Shown here: piece after piece, positions 1 to 10,100 of the stretch
How positions within the stretch are numbered: position 1 is the first letter of the stretch
Layout of the letters: each line of letters starts with the position of its first letter
Notes under the pieces: model-generated
What the model saw: only the letters and a program-made list of their open reading frames with translations
Databases searched by the model: none
What the model was told of the DNA's origin: nothing
DNA from: an uncultured Ruminococcus sp.
GTDB taxonomy: Bacteria > Bacillota > Clostridia > Lachnospirales > Lachnospiraceae
NCBI GenBank assembly: GCA_964621905.1
Contig: CAZUNG010000003.1
Location: forward strand, 216,366 to 280,365
DNA length: 64,000 nt
Direction of reading: 5' to 3'
Position numbers and translations under genes: made by a program

Positions 1-151
1 TATTTGTTCTTTTATAAAGTGGTGGCACCACTGCGTAATCTGATAATTTTTCATATAATTGCATCCCCTGTATTTCAATTCCCATAAACTTATGGTAAAC
101 TTTCTACTATAGTAGCATTTGAAACGACAAAAGAAAAGGACTTTAGATAAA

Positions 152-1396
152 ATGGAGAATACGCACAGGCGAAGAGGGAGAAGAAAGAACACGAGGCGCA
201 GGAGAATGGGAGTGCGTGAGCGCCAGATTCAGCTGATGAGACGTGTGATCGGTACGGTATTGGTGCTGGTCCTGGTGTTATTCGTGTTACTGATTGTCAG
301 GGCGGTCGGAGGAAATGATCAGACCAAAGCCGAAAAGGCTGCCAAGACACAGGAAGCACAGGTTACGGCAACGCCGGAGCCCACACCGGAACCGGTTCAG
401 ATTACAGTCAGTGCGGCCGGAGACTGTACACTCGGAACAGATGAAGATTTTGATTACAATACAAGTTTTAACGCAATGTATGACAGCGTCGGAGACCCTT
501 CGTATTTTATGAAAAATGTGAAATCGATCTTTGAGAGCGATGACCTGACAATTGTAAATCTGGAAGGACCGCTTACAACATCGGAAGATCTCCAGGAAAA
601 GACGTTTTCATTTAAAGGAGAACCGGAATATACACAGGTTTTGACATCTGGATCGGTGGAAGCAGTAAATCTTGCCAACAACCATAGCCGTGATTATGGG
701 GAACAGGGCTATGAGGATACGATAAAAAATGTGGAAGACGCCGGCATTACCAGCTTTGGCTATGAGCGCACCGCTGTTGTGGATGTAAAAGGCATCAAGG
801 TAGGGCTTGTTGGAATCTATGTACTTGCGGACGGAATGGAGCGTGAAGCTCAGCTGAAGGACAACATTGCTGCTGTTCAGGGACAGGGGGCACAGCTTGT
901 CATTGTAAGTTTCCACTGGGGATCGGAGAAAGAAAATTATCCTGATGGGACACAGGTTTCGCTCGCGCATATTGCAGTTGATTCAGGTGCTGACCTCGTT
1001 CTGGGGCATCACCCACATGTGCTGCAGGGGATCGAAAAGTATAAGGGAAAAAACATTGTATACAGCCTGGCTAACTTCTGCTTTGGGGGAAATTCCAATC
1101 CGAGTGATAAAGACACTATGATATTTCAGCAGACGTTTACCGTAACAGGGGATCAGGTGGAGCCGGATGACGTCGTGAATATCATTCCGTGTTCTATTTC
1201 CTCGGAATCTGGTTATAATAATTATCAGCCGACACCCGCTGAAGGAGAAGAAAAAACACGTATCCAGCAGCGGATCGATGAATATAGTGCCGGGTTGTCA
1301 AACAGCGGCGAAATAGATCAGTCAGAAGGCCAAACAGACGAACCAAAGGATGGCAATAGAGATGATGTGTCAGACAGCGATTCTGATGAGCTGTAA
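152..1396 (+). CDS. CapA-family (poly-gamma-glutamate synthesis/metallophosphatase fold) membrane-anchored protein
   Basis: AAGDCTLG, VNLEG, NLANNHSRDYG, SFHWG, LGHHPHVLQGIE and YSLANF motifs; Arg-rich N-terminus followed by one TM helix; ATG at 152 chosen over TTG at 119. Confidence 0.85.
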   Translation: MENTHRRRGRRKNTRRRRMGVRERQIQLMRRVIGTVLVLVLVLFVLLIVRAVGGNDQTKAEKAAKTQEAQVTATPEPTPEPVQITVSAAGDCTLGTDEDFDYNTSFNAMYDSVGDPSYFMKNVKSIFESDDLTIVNLEGPLTTSEDLQEKTFSFKGEPEYTQVLTSGSVEAVNLANNHSRDYGEQGYEDTIKNVEDAGITSFGYERTAVVDVKGIKVGLVGIYVLADGMEREAQLKDNIAAVQGQGAQLVIVSFHWGSEKENYPDGTQVSLAHIAVDSGADLVLGHHPHVLQGIEKYKGKNIVYSLANFCFGGNSNPSDKDTMIFQQTFTVTGDQVEPDDVVNIIPCSISSESGYNNYQPTPAEGEEKTRIQQRIDEYSAGLSNSGEIDQSEGQTDEPKDGNRDDVSDSDSDEL

Positions 1397-1428
1397 ACGA
1401 GACGGAAACCATACGAATGGAGGAACAG

Positions 1429-1860
1429 ATGGACAGGACAGAGTTTCTGGAGGCATTGAGAGAAAAACTAAAAGAGGGAATGTCCGAGCGTGATATCTCG
1501 GAACAGATTCGTTATTATTCGGATTATATTGCACAGGAGGTACGAAGCGGAAAGCCTGAATCTCAGGTATTGGATGAACTGGGGAATCCGATGCTTCTTG
1601 CGAGAACGATATTGGATACACACGGGCGGATGGGGAATGATTCAGCAGCTGAAGGTGTTCAGCCGGACCATCAGAATCGGAAAAGGGGATGGTACGTAAA
1701 CACAGACCGAAGCTGGGGCTGCATTGTGGCAGCTGTTGTTATTGTGCTTGTCCTCGGAATCATTCTTTGGATGGTTGGAAGCATGTTCAGATTTTTGTCT
1801 CCGGTGCTGATGCCGGTTTTGATGATTCTGCTGATCACTGCGATCGTAAAGAAAAGATAA
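1429..1860 (+). CDS. DUF1700-like membrane protein
   Basis: N-terminal 'EFLEALREKL...IRYYSDYI...VLDELGNPMLLARTI' pattern, C-terminal TM helices; GGAGG RBS before ATG 1429. Confidence 0.7.
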   Translation: MDRTEFLEALREKLKEGMSERDISEQIRYYSDYIAQEVRSGKPESQVLDELGNPMLLARTILDTHGRMGNDSAAEGVQPDHQNRKRGWYVNTDRSWGCIVAAVVIVLVLGIILWMVGSMFRFLSPVLMPVLMILLITAIVKKR

Positions 1861-1868
1861 AACTGCGA

Positions 1869-1901
1869 AAAAAGCGTGTCGGCTTTGCCGACACGCTTTT
1901 T
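1869..1901. terminator. Bidirectional intrinsic terminator
   Basis: AAAAAGCGTGTCGGC-TTT-GCCGACACGCTTTTT perfect hairpin between convergent genes. Confidence 0.9.
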
Positions 1902-1936
1902 GATATCCGTATCCAGGGGATACTTAAGAGAGTGAA

Positions 1937-2140
1937 TTAATACTTTGAAGTAGAAGAATTTTCGTTTGAGTTGTGACAATTCGAAGCTTTATTCTTGCTA
2001 TTTGAATTCTTATTCGTGCTGTTCGAACTATTTGTTGCGTTTTTGCTGCTTTCATTGGATTCGTTGGATTCATTGTAAGCATTTGAGGTGTTGCTCATCT
2101 TATTTTTGTTTGTGCTGTCATCAGAATAATTTTTAGACAT
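1937..2140 (-). CDS. Small Asn/Ser-rich low-complexity protein (67 aa), possibly spore-associated
   Basis: AGGAGG RBS, upstream promoter motif, downstream terminator; 19 Asn and 19 Ser. Confidence 0.75.
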   Translation of the reverse strand: MSKNYSDDSTNKNKMSNTSNAYNESNESNESSKNATNSSNSTNKNSNSKNKASNCHNSNENSSTSKY

Positions 2141-2181
2141 GTCATTTCCTCCTGTTATATCAAAAATTTATGTTACGCTGT

Positions 2182-2210
2182 TAGTATCTCTAGAATTTAT
2201 TTTTTTATGC
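2182..2210 (-). promoter_or_regulatory. Candidate sigmaG-type (forespore) promoter
   Basis: GCATA-17 nt-GATACTA versus the B. subtilis sigG consensus GCATA-N17/18-CATACTA. Confidence 0.55.
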
Positions 2211-2383
2211 AAAATATAAAAAGTTAGCAGGTGCCTGAAATAAAAAGCATGAAAAAAAGGCAGGAATGCTTTAGTTTTAAAAAAATTTATATGATATAAT
2301 GAGCGTTAGTGAGGCAAGCATGCCTGCATGTTTGACAAACGATGGATGCCAAAATTTAGAAAATAACGAGGAGGTACACAACA

Positions 2384-3358
2384 ATGAAAGTGGCGATATT
2401 GGGGGCTGGAAACATCGCGACATCCATGGCAACTGCGCTTTGTGGACTGGATGACTCTGTTGTGGAGGCATATGCGATCGCAGCCAGAGATTATGAGCGT
2501 GCAAAAGAATTTGCAGAAAAGTGGGGGATTACGAAAGCATACGGTTCTTACGAGGAAATGTTGAATGATCCTGAAGTGGATCTTGTATATGTGGCTACGC
2601 CGCACGTTTTTCATTATGAACATTCTAAACTGTGCCTGGAACATGGAAAACCAGTACTCTGCGAGAAACCATTTACAGTGACATCCGCACAGGCGGAGGA
2701 GCTGTTTGCGCTGGCAAAAGAAAAAAGACTTTTGATTGCGGAAGCTATGTGGACGCGGTACATGCCAAGCAGGAAAATGATTCAGGATCTGATGGAAAGC
2801 GATATAATCGGTGATATCACATCGCTTAGCGGAAATCTGGGTTATGAACACATTAATATTGACAGAATGCGAAAACTTGAGATGGCTGGAGGAGCACTGA
2901 TGGATTTGGGGGTCTACCCCATCAATTTTGCTCTGATGTGTTTTGGGGATAAGATTAAAGAGATAAAATCGACGTGCGTGAAGCTTGAAACAGGTGTTGA
3001 CGCCCAGGAGAGTATGACCTTCATTTATGAGGACGGGAAAATGGCGGTGCTGTACTCATCCATGCTTGTACACTCCAACCGACTGGGAGAGATTAACGGA
3101 ACCAAGGGCTGCATCGAAGTTCAGAACATCAATAATTGTGAAGAAATCCGTGTACTGGATGAAAAACGCCGGCTGATCAAACGCTATCCGGTACCTGAGC
3201 AGGTGAACGGATACGAGTATGAAGTGCTGGCCTGTAAAGAAGCTATGGAGGAAGGACTGCTTGAGTGCCCGCAAATGCCGCATGAAGAGATCCTGAAGGT
3301 GGTAAAAATTACGGAATATCTGAGAAAAGAGTGGGGAGTCATCTATCCTTTTGAATGA
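2384..3358 (+). CDS. Gfo/Idh/MocA-family oxidoreductase
   Basis: GAGNIA Rossmann motif, YVATPH, LCEKP, GGALMDLGVY; GAGGAGG RBS. Confidence 0.9.
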   Translation: MKVAILGAGNIATSMATALCGLDDSVVEAYAIAARDYERAKEFAEKWGITKAYGSYEEMLNDPEVDLVYVATPHVFHYEHSKLCLEHGKPVLCEKPFTVTSAQAEELFALAKEKRLLIAEAMWTRYMPSRKMIQDLMESDIIGDITSLSGNLGYEHINIDRMRKLEMAGGALMDLGVYPINFALMCFGDKIKEIKSTCVKLETGVDAQESMTFIYEDGKMAVLYSSMLVHSNRLGEINGTKGCIEVQNINNCEEIRVLDEKRRLIKRYPVPEQVNGYEYEVLACKEAMEEGLLECPQMPHEEILKVVKITEYLRKEWGVIYPFE

Positions 3359-3416
3359 TCAGGCATGGATTTATAAAAAAGTGTTAATAATTCTGAAATT
3401 TCTATGATCTTTCTTA

Positions 3417-3445
3417 TTGCATTTTTATGGAAATTGTATTATAAT
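3417..3445 (+). promoter_or_regulatory. sigmaA promoter
   Basis: TTGCAT-17-TATAAT. Confidence 0.8.
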
Positions 3446-3449
3446 CTTA

Positions 3450-3566
3450 TTTGTAAAGAGAATTTACCCTTCAAAAAATTTTTTTTACAAATTAATAACC
3501 CTTATTAATTATTTATACTCCCCTCGAAAGGCCGTGGTAGCTCCCCTACCGCGGTCTTTCTCTTTG
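3450..3566 (+). ncRNA. Candidate ~115-nt small RNA with four C-rich motifs
   Basis: Consensus promoter upstream, three hairpins ending in a G-U-containing terminator with U-rich tail, no ORF inside. Confidence 0.55.
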
Positions 3567-3642
3567 TCTGTCGTGTTGATTGTGCCAAAGAAGACCTTAT
3601 CATTTTTGCAGCGCTGAATATACTATTAAAAAGGAGCTTTTT

Positions 3643-3945
3643 ATGTCGGAACTGGAAATGATTTCTGCAAAGATGCTGGATGCGTATCGCAAGCGAAGTG
3701 ATACGCTGCTTATAGATTTACGGTCTTCGCAAGAGTACTTCCGGTATCATATACCGGGTGCCCGTCATATTGACTATGAGGATACAGAGGCACTGTTTGC
3801 GCTTCCCAAAAACAAGGAGATCATCCTGTACTGTGAACGGGGTGCATCGAGTATGGCAAGGGCAAAGGAAATGGCCAGGTTAGGTTATAATGTCAAGTCG
3901 CTGATCGGCGGTGTGCATGCATATCGTGCGGAAGCTGGCCGCTGA
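3643..3945 (+). CDS. Rhodanese-like domain protein
   Basis: LIDLRSSQEYFRYHIPGA, active-site loop LYCERGASS, LIGG; AAGGAG RBS. Confidence 0.85.
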   Translation: MSELEMISAKMLDAYRKRSDTLLIDLRSSQEYFRYHIPGARHIDYEDTEALFALPKNKEIILYCERGASSMARAKEMARLGYNVKSLIGGVHAYRAEAGR

Positions 3946-4057
3946 CAGCTTGTGTTTTATCGGATATCATAGTAAAATAAACCAGTAGATGAAAGAAGAT
4001 ACAGGGACTTCTCCCGCTTTCCGGAAAGAAGTCCCTGAAATGGGAAAAGAGGAGAGC

Positions 4058-5203
4058 ATGAAGCTGTTTGAACTGATAGCACCCTGTCACTTCGGGACTG
4101 AGGCAGTGCTGAAAAGAGAAATTATTGACCTTGGATATGAAGTCAGCAAGGTGGAAGATGGAAAAGTGACTTTTCTGGGAGATGCGGAAGCGGTTGCCTA
4201 TGCAAATGTGTTTCTGCGCACAACCGAGAGGATTCTACTGAAAGTGGGACAGGTCAGAGCGGAGACATTTGAAGAATTGTTTGATAAGACAAAAGCTTTG
4301 CCCTGGGAGGAGTTTATCCCCAAAGACGGCAAGTTCTGGGTCGCAAAAGCAAATTCCATCAAAAGTAAACTGTTTAGTCCTTCGGATATTCAATCCATTA
4401 TGAAGAAGGCAATCGTAGAAAGACTGAAAAATAAGTATAATGTATCCTGGTTTGAAGAGAGCGGAGACAGTTATCCGATCCGTGTGACTTTCATGAAGGA
4501 TGTGGCTACGATTACACTTGACACATCGGGCATCTCTCTGCATAAAAGAGGGTATCGTCAGCACACCGTCAAGGCGCCGATTACCGAAACGCTTGCGTCG
4601 GCTCTGCTGATGCTGACACCATGGAAGCGGGATCGGATTTTAGTGGATCCATTCTGCGGAAGCGGTACGTTCCTGATCGAAGCGGCAATGATGGCGGCGA
4701 ATATAGCACCGGGGATGAACCGTTCATTCTTGGCGGAGAACTGGAAACACATTGTTCCCAGAAAGTGTTGGTACAATGCAGTCGAGGAAGCTCTGGATCA
4801 GGCAGATGCCAGTGCAGAGACAGATATTCAGGGGTATGATATCGATGCGGATGCAGTCCGGGATGCCAGGGAAAATGCAAAGCTTGCCAAAGTGGATCAT
4901 ATGATCCATTTTCAGCAGCGCGCAGTAAAGGATTTAAGTCATCCTAAAAAATATGGTTTTATTGTAACAAATCCGCCTTATGGAGAGCGTCTGGAGGATA
5001 AGGAGATGCTTCCGGGGCTGTATCGGGAACTTGGAGAAAGCTTTCGGAAACTGGACAGCTGGTCCATGTACCTGATCACCAGTTATGAGGATGCGGAAAA
5101 ATATATTGGAAGAAAGGCTGACAAAAACCGTAAGATTTATAATGGTATGCTGAAGACATATTTTTATCAGTACCTGGGACAAAAACCGCCGAAGAGGCAT
5201 TGA
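4058..5203 (+). CDS. rlmL: THUMP-domain class I SAM-dependent RNA methyltransferase (RlmL/YpsC-like)
   Basis: SLHKRGYR, APITETLA, DPFCGSGT and NPPYG motifs. Confidence 0.85.
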   Translation: MKLFELIAPCHFGTEAVLKREIIDLGYEVSKVEDGKVTFLGDAEAVAYANVFLRTTERILLKVGQVRAETFEELFDKTKALPWEEFIPKDGKFWVAKANSIKSKLFSPSDIQSIMKKAIVERLKNKYNVSWFEESGDSYPIRVTFMKDVATITLDTSGISLHKRGYRQHTVKAPITETLASALLMLTPWKRDRILVDPFCGSGTFLIEAAMMAANIAPGMNRSFLAENWKHIVPRKCWYNAVEEALDQADASAETDIQGYDIDADAVRDARENAKLAKVDHMIHFQQRAVKDLSHPKKYGFIVTNPPYGERLEDKEMLPGLYRELGESFRKLDSWSMYLITSYEDAEKYIGRKADKNRKIYNGMLKTYFYQYLGQKPPKRH

Positions 5204-5309
5204 ATCCGGCTTTTTTTCTTTTCATTTATGCAGCCAGATGGTATAATGAGCGCATAAGCTCTTTTGGCCTATCAAGGGGCAGTGTGCAGGGAAAAAGGAA
5301 TGTTTACTT

Positions 5310-5909
5310 ATGAAAAGAATCATATTTGCAACAGGAAATCCGGGCAAGATGAAAGAGATTCGGGAGATTTTGAAGGATTTGGACGTCGAAGTGGTCTCCA
5401 TGAAGGAAGCTGGCATTACAGCAGATATCGTGGAAGACGGAGCGACTTTTGAAGAAAATGCAGTCATCAAAGCGAAAGCGATCATGGAAATCACAAATGA
5501 GATCGTTCTGGCTGATGATTCGGGCCTTGAAATCGACTATCTGAATCGGGAACCGGGTATCTATTCAGCCAGATATATGGGGGAAGATACATCTTATCGT
5601 ATTAAAAATAAAAATCTGATTGACCGTCTTAAAGGGGTGCCGGATGAAATGAGAACGGCACGTTTTGTGTGTGCAGTTGCGGCTGCATTTCCTGACGGCG
5701 ACATTGTGACAGCACGGGGGACAATCGAGGGGATTATCGGCTATGAGGAGCGGGGAACAAATGGCTTTGGATATGATCCGATTTTTTATGTGCCGGAATA
5801 TGGCTGCTCCACGGCAGAACTGTCTCCGGAAGTGAAGAATCGTATCAGTCATCGCGGGAAAGCGCTGCGAAAAATGAAAGAGGAATTAAAATCAAGAAAA
5901 GTGAGTTGA
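5310..5909 (+). CDS. rdgB: XTP/dITP diphosphatase (non-canonical purine NTP pyrophosphatase)
   Basis: ATGNPGK, ADDSGLEID, PGIYSAR, FGYDPIF, ISHRGKAL. Confidence 0.95.
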   Translation: MKRIIFATGNPGKMKEIREILKDLDVEVVSMKEAGITADIVEDGATFEENAVIKAKAIMEITNEIVLADDSGLEIDYLNREPGIYSARYMGEDTSYRIKNKNLIDRLKGVPDEMRTARFVCAVAAAFPDGDIVTARGTIEGIIGYEERGTNGFGYDPIFYVPEYGCSTAELSPEVKNRISHRGKALRKMKEELKSRKVS

Positions 5910-5914
5910 AATAA

Positions 5915-6397
5915 ATGAAGGTGTTAATCATAAGTGATACGCACGGACATGCAAAAAATCTGATTGGAGTACTGGAGAGGGTTTGGCCGATCGATGCGCT
6001 GATTCATTGCGGTGATGTAGAGGGGGAAGAGGATTATATAACGGAACTGGCAGAATGTCCTTCTTATATTGTTGCGGGAAACAACGACTATTTCAGTGTG
6101 CTTGACCGTGAGATGGAGTTTGAACTGGGGGGGAAGCACATCTTTCTCACTCATGGTCATTATTATGGCGTGTCGATGGGGACGGAGATGATAAAAGAAG
6201 AAGGGGAGAGCCGGAGCGCAGATATCGTAGTGTTTGGTCATACGCATAAGCCGTGTTGCGAACTGTCAGAAAATGTTGCGGTGCTGAATCCGGGCAGTTT
6301 GGCTTACCCGAGACAGGCGGGGAGGAAACCGAGTTTTATGATTATGGAGCTGAATGAGAATGGAGAATTTCGCTGCTCTACGAGATATCTCGGATAG
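5915..6397 (+). CDS. YfcE/YsnB-family metallophosphoesterase
   Basis: SDTHG, HCGD, GNND, THGH, FGHTH, NPGS; usual partner of rdgB. Confidence 0.9.
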   Translation: MKVLIISDTHGHAKNLIGVLERVWPIDALIHCGDVEGEEDYITELAECPSYIVAGNNDYFSVLDREMEFELGGKHIFLTHGHYYGVSMGTEMIKEEGESRSADIVVFGHTHKPCCELSENVAVLNPGSLAYPRQAGRKPSFMIMELNENGEFRCSTRYLG

Positions 6398-6445
6398 GAC
6401 AGAAAACTGCTGGAAAATAAGTGAAAAAATAGTATAAAAAAAGTG

Positions 6446-6474
6446 TTGACATTTGATGAGCCGTATAATATAAT
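6446..6474 (+). promoter_or_regulatory. sigmaA promoter of the tRNA operon
   Basis: TTGACA-17-TATAAT. Confidence 0.9.
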
Positions 6475-6527
6475 ATACCTTGCGTCAGGCAAAAAAACGC
6501 AAAAATACAACAATGAATAAGAAATAT

Positions 6528-6602
6528 CGGGGTGTGGCTCAGCTTGGCTAGAGCGCCTGGTTTGGGACCAGGAGGCCGCAGGTTCGAATCCTGTCACCCC
6601 GA
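6528..6602 (+). tRNA. tRNA-Pro(TGG)
   Basis: Cloverleaf; anticodon arm CCTGG-TT TGG GA-CCAGG; T-loop GTTCGAATC. Confidence 0.97.
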
Positions 6603-6641
6603 CTGTTGTATCAACTATGACAACAAGATAGCAGCCAATAT

Positions 6642-6712
6642 GCGGGTGTAGTTCAATGGTAGAACACTAGCCTTCCAAGCTAGATACGTGGGTTCGATTC
6701 CCATCACCCGCT
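6642..6712 (+). tRNA. tRNA-Gly(TCC)
   Basis: Anticodon arm CTAGC-CT TCC AA-GCTAG. Confidence 0.97.
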
Positions 6713-6715
6713 TAC

Positions 6716-6789
<74 letters not shown>

Positions 6790-6793
6790 TTAT

Positions 6794-6868
6794 GGTGGGT
6801 ATAGCGCAGTTGGTTAGCGCGCCAGATTGTGGCTCTGGAGGCCAAGGGTTCGAATCCCTTTATCCACC
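6794..6868 (+). tRNA. tRNA-His(GTG)
   Basis: G-1 present; anticodon arm CCAGA-TT GTG GC-TCTGG. Confidence 0.97.
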
Positions 6869-6876
6869 TTATCTAA

Positions 6877-6948
6877 TGGGCTATCGCCAAGCGGTAAGGC
6901 ACAGGACTTTGACTCCTGCATTCGCTGGTTCAAATCCAGCTAGCCCAG
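6877..6948 (+). tRNA. tRNA-Gln(TTG)
   Basis: Anticodon arm CAGGA-CT TTG AC-TCCTG. Confidence 0.97.
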
Positions 6949-6951
6949 TTT

Positions 6952-6982
6952 GGGAATGCAGGATCTCATATCCTGCATTCCT
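6952..6982 (+). other. 13-bp hairpin in the tRNA-Gln/tRNA-Lys spacer (processing or attenuation element)
   Basis: GGGAATGCAGGAT-CTCAT-ATCCTGCATTCCT, no U-tract. Confidence 0.5.
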
Positions 6983-7003
6983 GTTAGACAATTAAATGAT
7001 TGT

Positions 7004-7076
7004 GGGATATTAGCTCAGTTGGTAGAGCACTTGACTTTTAATCAAGTTGTCCGGGGTTCGAATCCCCGATGTCTCA
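7004..7076 (+). tRNA. tRNA-Lys(TTT)
   Basis: Anticodon arm CTTGA-CT TTT AA-TCAAG. Confidence 0.97.
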
Positions 7077-7081
7077 TAGAC

Positions 7082-7120
7082 AAAAAGCTTTGGAAATATT
7101 ATTTCCAAAGCTTTTTCTTT
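7082..7120 (+). terminator. Terminator of the tRNA operon
   Basis: AAAAAGCTTTGGAAAT-ATT-ATTTCCAAAGCTTTTT. Confidence 0.9.
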
Positions 7121-7172
7121 TCAAATGAGGGGAATGTATGGTATACTCGTGCCAATATAAGGAGGGTAGACG

Positions 7173-10100
7173 GTGAAACAGAAAAATTTAACAGCATTAT
7201 ACCTATTATTAGCATCTATATTATTGACAGGCCCCCTGGTGAAAGTGGATGCTGCGGAACAGTCAGACATGCTGCCGGCGGCGGAAGAAGCATCTGACGA
7301 GAAGAATGAAGAGGCCTTTTATGAGGAGGACCTGGACTTTATCTATGGCCGTCCTATGACGGAAGAAGAGATTGCCCAACAGAAATCTTTGGAACCACAG
7401 CTTGAGGCACGAATACATACAGAGCCAGAGCCAGAGCCAGTGACGTATGCTTACCGGGCGCGCTCCGTATTGCCGCAGTACTACGATTCCAGGGAATATG
7501 GTTATGTCACGTCTGTAAAAGATCAGGGAGCGTTTGATATGTGCTGGGCATTTGCAATAGACTCTGCTGCCGAAAGTTCTTTGATTATGAATGGTATCTC
7601 GGTCGGCGGGGAAGTTTCCGACACAGATAACACTGATCTTTCAGAGCTTCATACGGCGTATTATTTTTACAACAGACAGACAGATCCTCTGAATCTGACG
7701 GAAGGGGATAAAAATATCCCGCAGAACGGATATGATTATCGTTCAAACGGGGGAAACCTTTGGATGAGCGCCCTTGCGTTTGCAAATTGGACTGGAACGG
7801 AGTCGGAACAGGATGCTCCGTATTCGTGGGCTTATGAGGATGAGCTGTCATTTGTGGAAGAACAGCAGTTCAGTGCGGATGCAAAACTGAAAAATGCGTA
7901 TTTTATCAACGGTGAGGCGTCGCAGATTAAAGAAGCAGTCCGGCAGTTTGGTTCGGTTGCCATTATGTACAATCATGATTCGCGGTTTTATAACTATGAC
8001 ACCGCAGCGTATTGTTATCCTGTGGGCAGCCCGTTGTATACAAGTCATGCGGTTGCAGTCGTGGGTTGGGATGACACGTATAAAAAGGAAAACTTTAAAC
8101 CTGAAAGCGGTGTGACCACAGATGGGGCATGGATTGCAAAGAACAGCTGGGGCAGTGCATGGGGAGAAGAAGGCTATTTCTACATATCGTATGAGGAGCC
8201 GACCATCAGTTGTGTGACAGCAATGGAATTTCAGAGCGGTGATACGTATCAATATAATTATCAATACGATGGAAGTTCCATGACGACTGCGAACATAGCG
8301 GATGCGGGTCAGAAATTGGCCAATGTGTTTGAGGTTCAGGGAAAAACTTCAAAATATGAAGTTCTGGAAGCGGTGAGCTTCGCATTGCAGAGCGCGAATG
8401 TACCGTATAGTATTCAGATTTATACAGACCTTCAGTCGGATCAAGATCCAACCAGCGGTACTTCTGTCTTTGAAACGCCGCTGGCGGGCGTAACCGGATA
8501 CAGCGGCGTCCATACCGTCGAGCTTCCGAAAACCGTTCAGTTGATGGCAGGGACAAAATTTTCTGTGGTGGTGAGCTTTTCTCAAAATACGGCTTTTTAT
8601 GCTGAAAGAACAACAGATTCTGATTACTGCGAATGGGTCTTTGCCATGGCTTCGATTGGAGCGGGACAAAGCTTTTGGATGAACTCAAACGGGGTTTGGA
8701 AGGATCTGGCCAATAGCGGGATGTGCGCCAGGATCAAGGCTTATACGAATGAATCAGCAGATGTAGGCGCGGACAGGGTGGCGGCCAGTGCAGAAAGATC
8801 CGCGGAAAATCAGATTTTATTAGAGTGGACAGTGCATAGCGGTGCGGAAGGATATTCCGTCTATCGCAGTACTTCCGAAGATGGAGAATACGTCTGTTTG
8901 GGAAATGTAAGCGGCGAGCAGAGCGTCACTTACACAGATACTGATGTTGAACCGGGGATCCAGTATTACTATCGGGTAAAATGGTATGTGACCGAAAATG
9001 ATCTGATGCTGGAAAGCCTGTCCAGTAATGTAGTGTCGGCGGTTACCTCTCTTGCGGTGTCTGAAGTGACGGTTTCTTCGGTGGATTATCAGAGTGTGAC
9101 GCTTGCATGGGAGGAGGCTGACGGTGCAGACGGCTGTCAGGTGTGGAGAAGTACCCAAAAAGATGGCGGTTATTCATTGGCGGCTGAAATAAAATCAGGA
9201 ACATCATACGTTGACCAGCTGCCGCTGGGAACCACGTATTATTTTAAAATACGTATGTTCCGCGAGACGGACGGACATACAGTATACAGCGCCTATTCAG
9301 ATGCAGTTACTGCAAAACCACAGATGAGGCAGCCGGCTCTTTCCGGTAAATCCGGAGGATATAATAAGGTGGATTTAAGCTGGCAGAAGATCGAAGGTGC
9401 ACAGGGGTACCGTATTTATCGGAGCAAAAGCAAAAACAGTGGATACAGTGCGATACGCAATCTGACAAATCCGAACACCACGTCATATTCCAATGTGTAT
9501 CTTTCTGGCAAAGAGACGCTGAAAACGGGACAGACATACTATTATAAAATGCGTGCATTTTGCACGGTGGGGAATGTGACTGTCTACAGTGAGTATTCTG
9601 AACCGGTTGCTGTAGCACCTGCTCTGGAGATGCCGGAACTGACGGGGAAATCCTGGAGTTATCAAAAAGCGGCGCTTAGCTGGAACAAAATTCCCGGAGT
9701 CAGCGGTTACCGGATCTATCGCAGTACAAAAGAAACCAGCGGTTTTTCAGCTATTCGTAACCTGACCAATGCGAATACGTTGTCGTATACGAACAGCGGA
9801 CTTGTGACGGGAAAAACCTATTATTATAAGATGCGCGCATTCCGCAATGAAGATGGAAAGACGTACTACAGTGCCTATTCAAAAGTTGTGGAGGTAAAGC
9901 CGGTTCCTAACCGGGTGCAAATTTCCGGTGTACAAGCGCCTTCTGCCGGAAAGATGAAAATCAGCTGGGCGAGAATATCGGGAGCGGACGGTTACCGCGT
10001 TTACCGGGCTGAGAGTTCATCGGGAACATATACCTATGTTAGAACGCTGAACGGAAATAGTAATGTTACGTATACAGATACCATAAAAAAGATAAAGGGG

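Noticed and set aside
9307-9900. Repeated segments in the protease 3' half as DNA repeats
   Set aside because: They are diverged Fn3 protein repeats with no exact nucleotide array.
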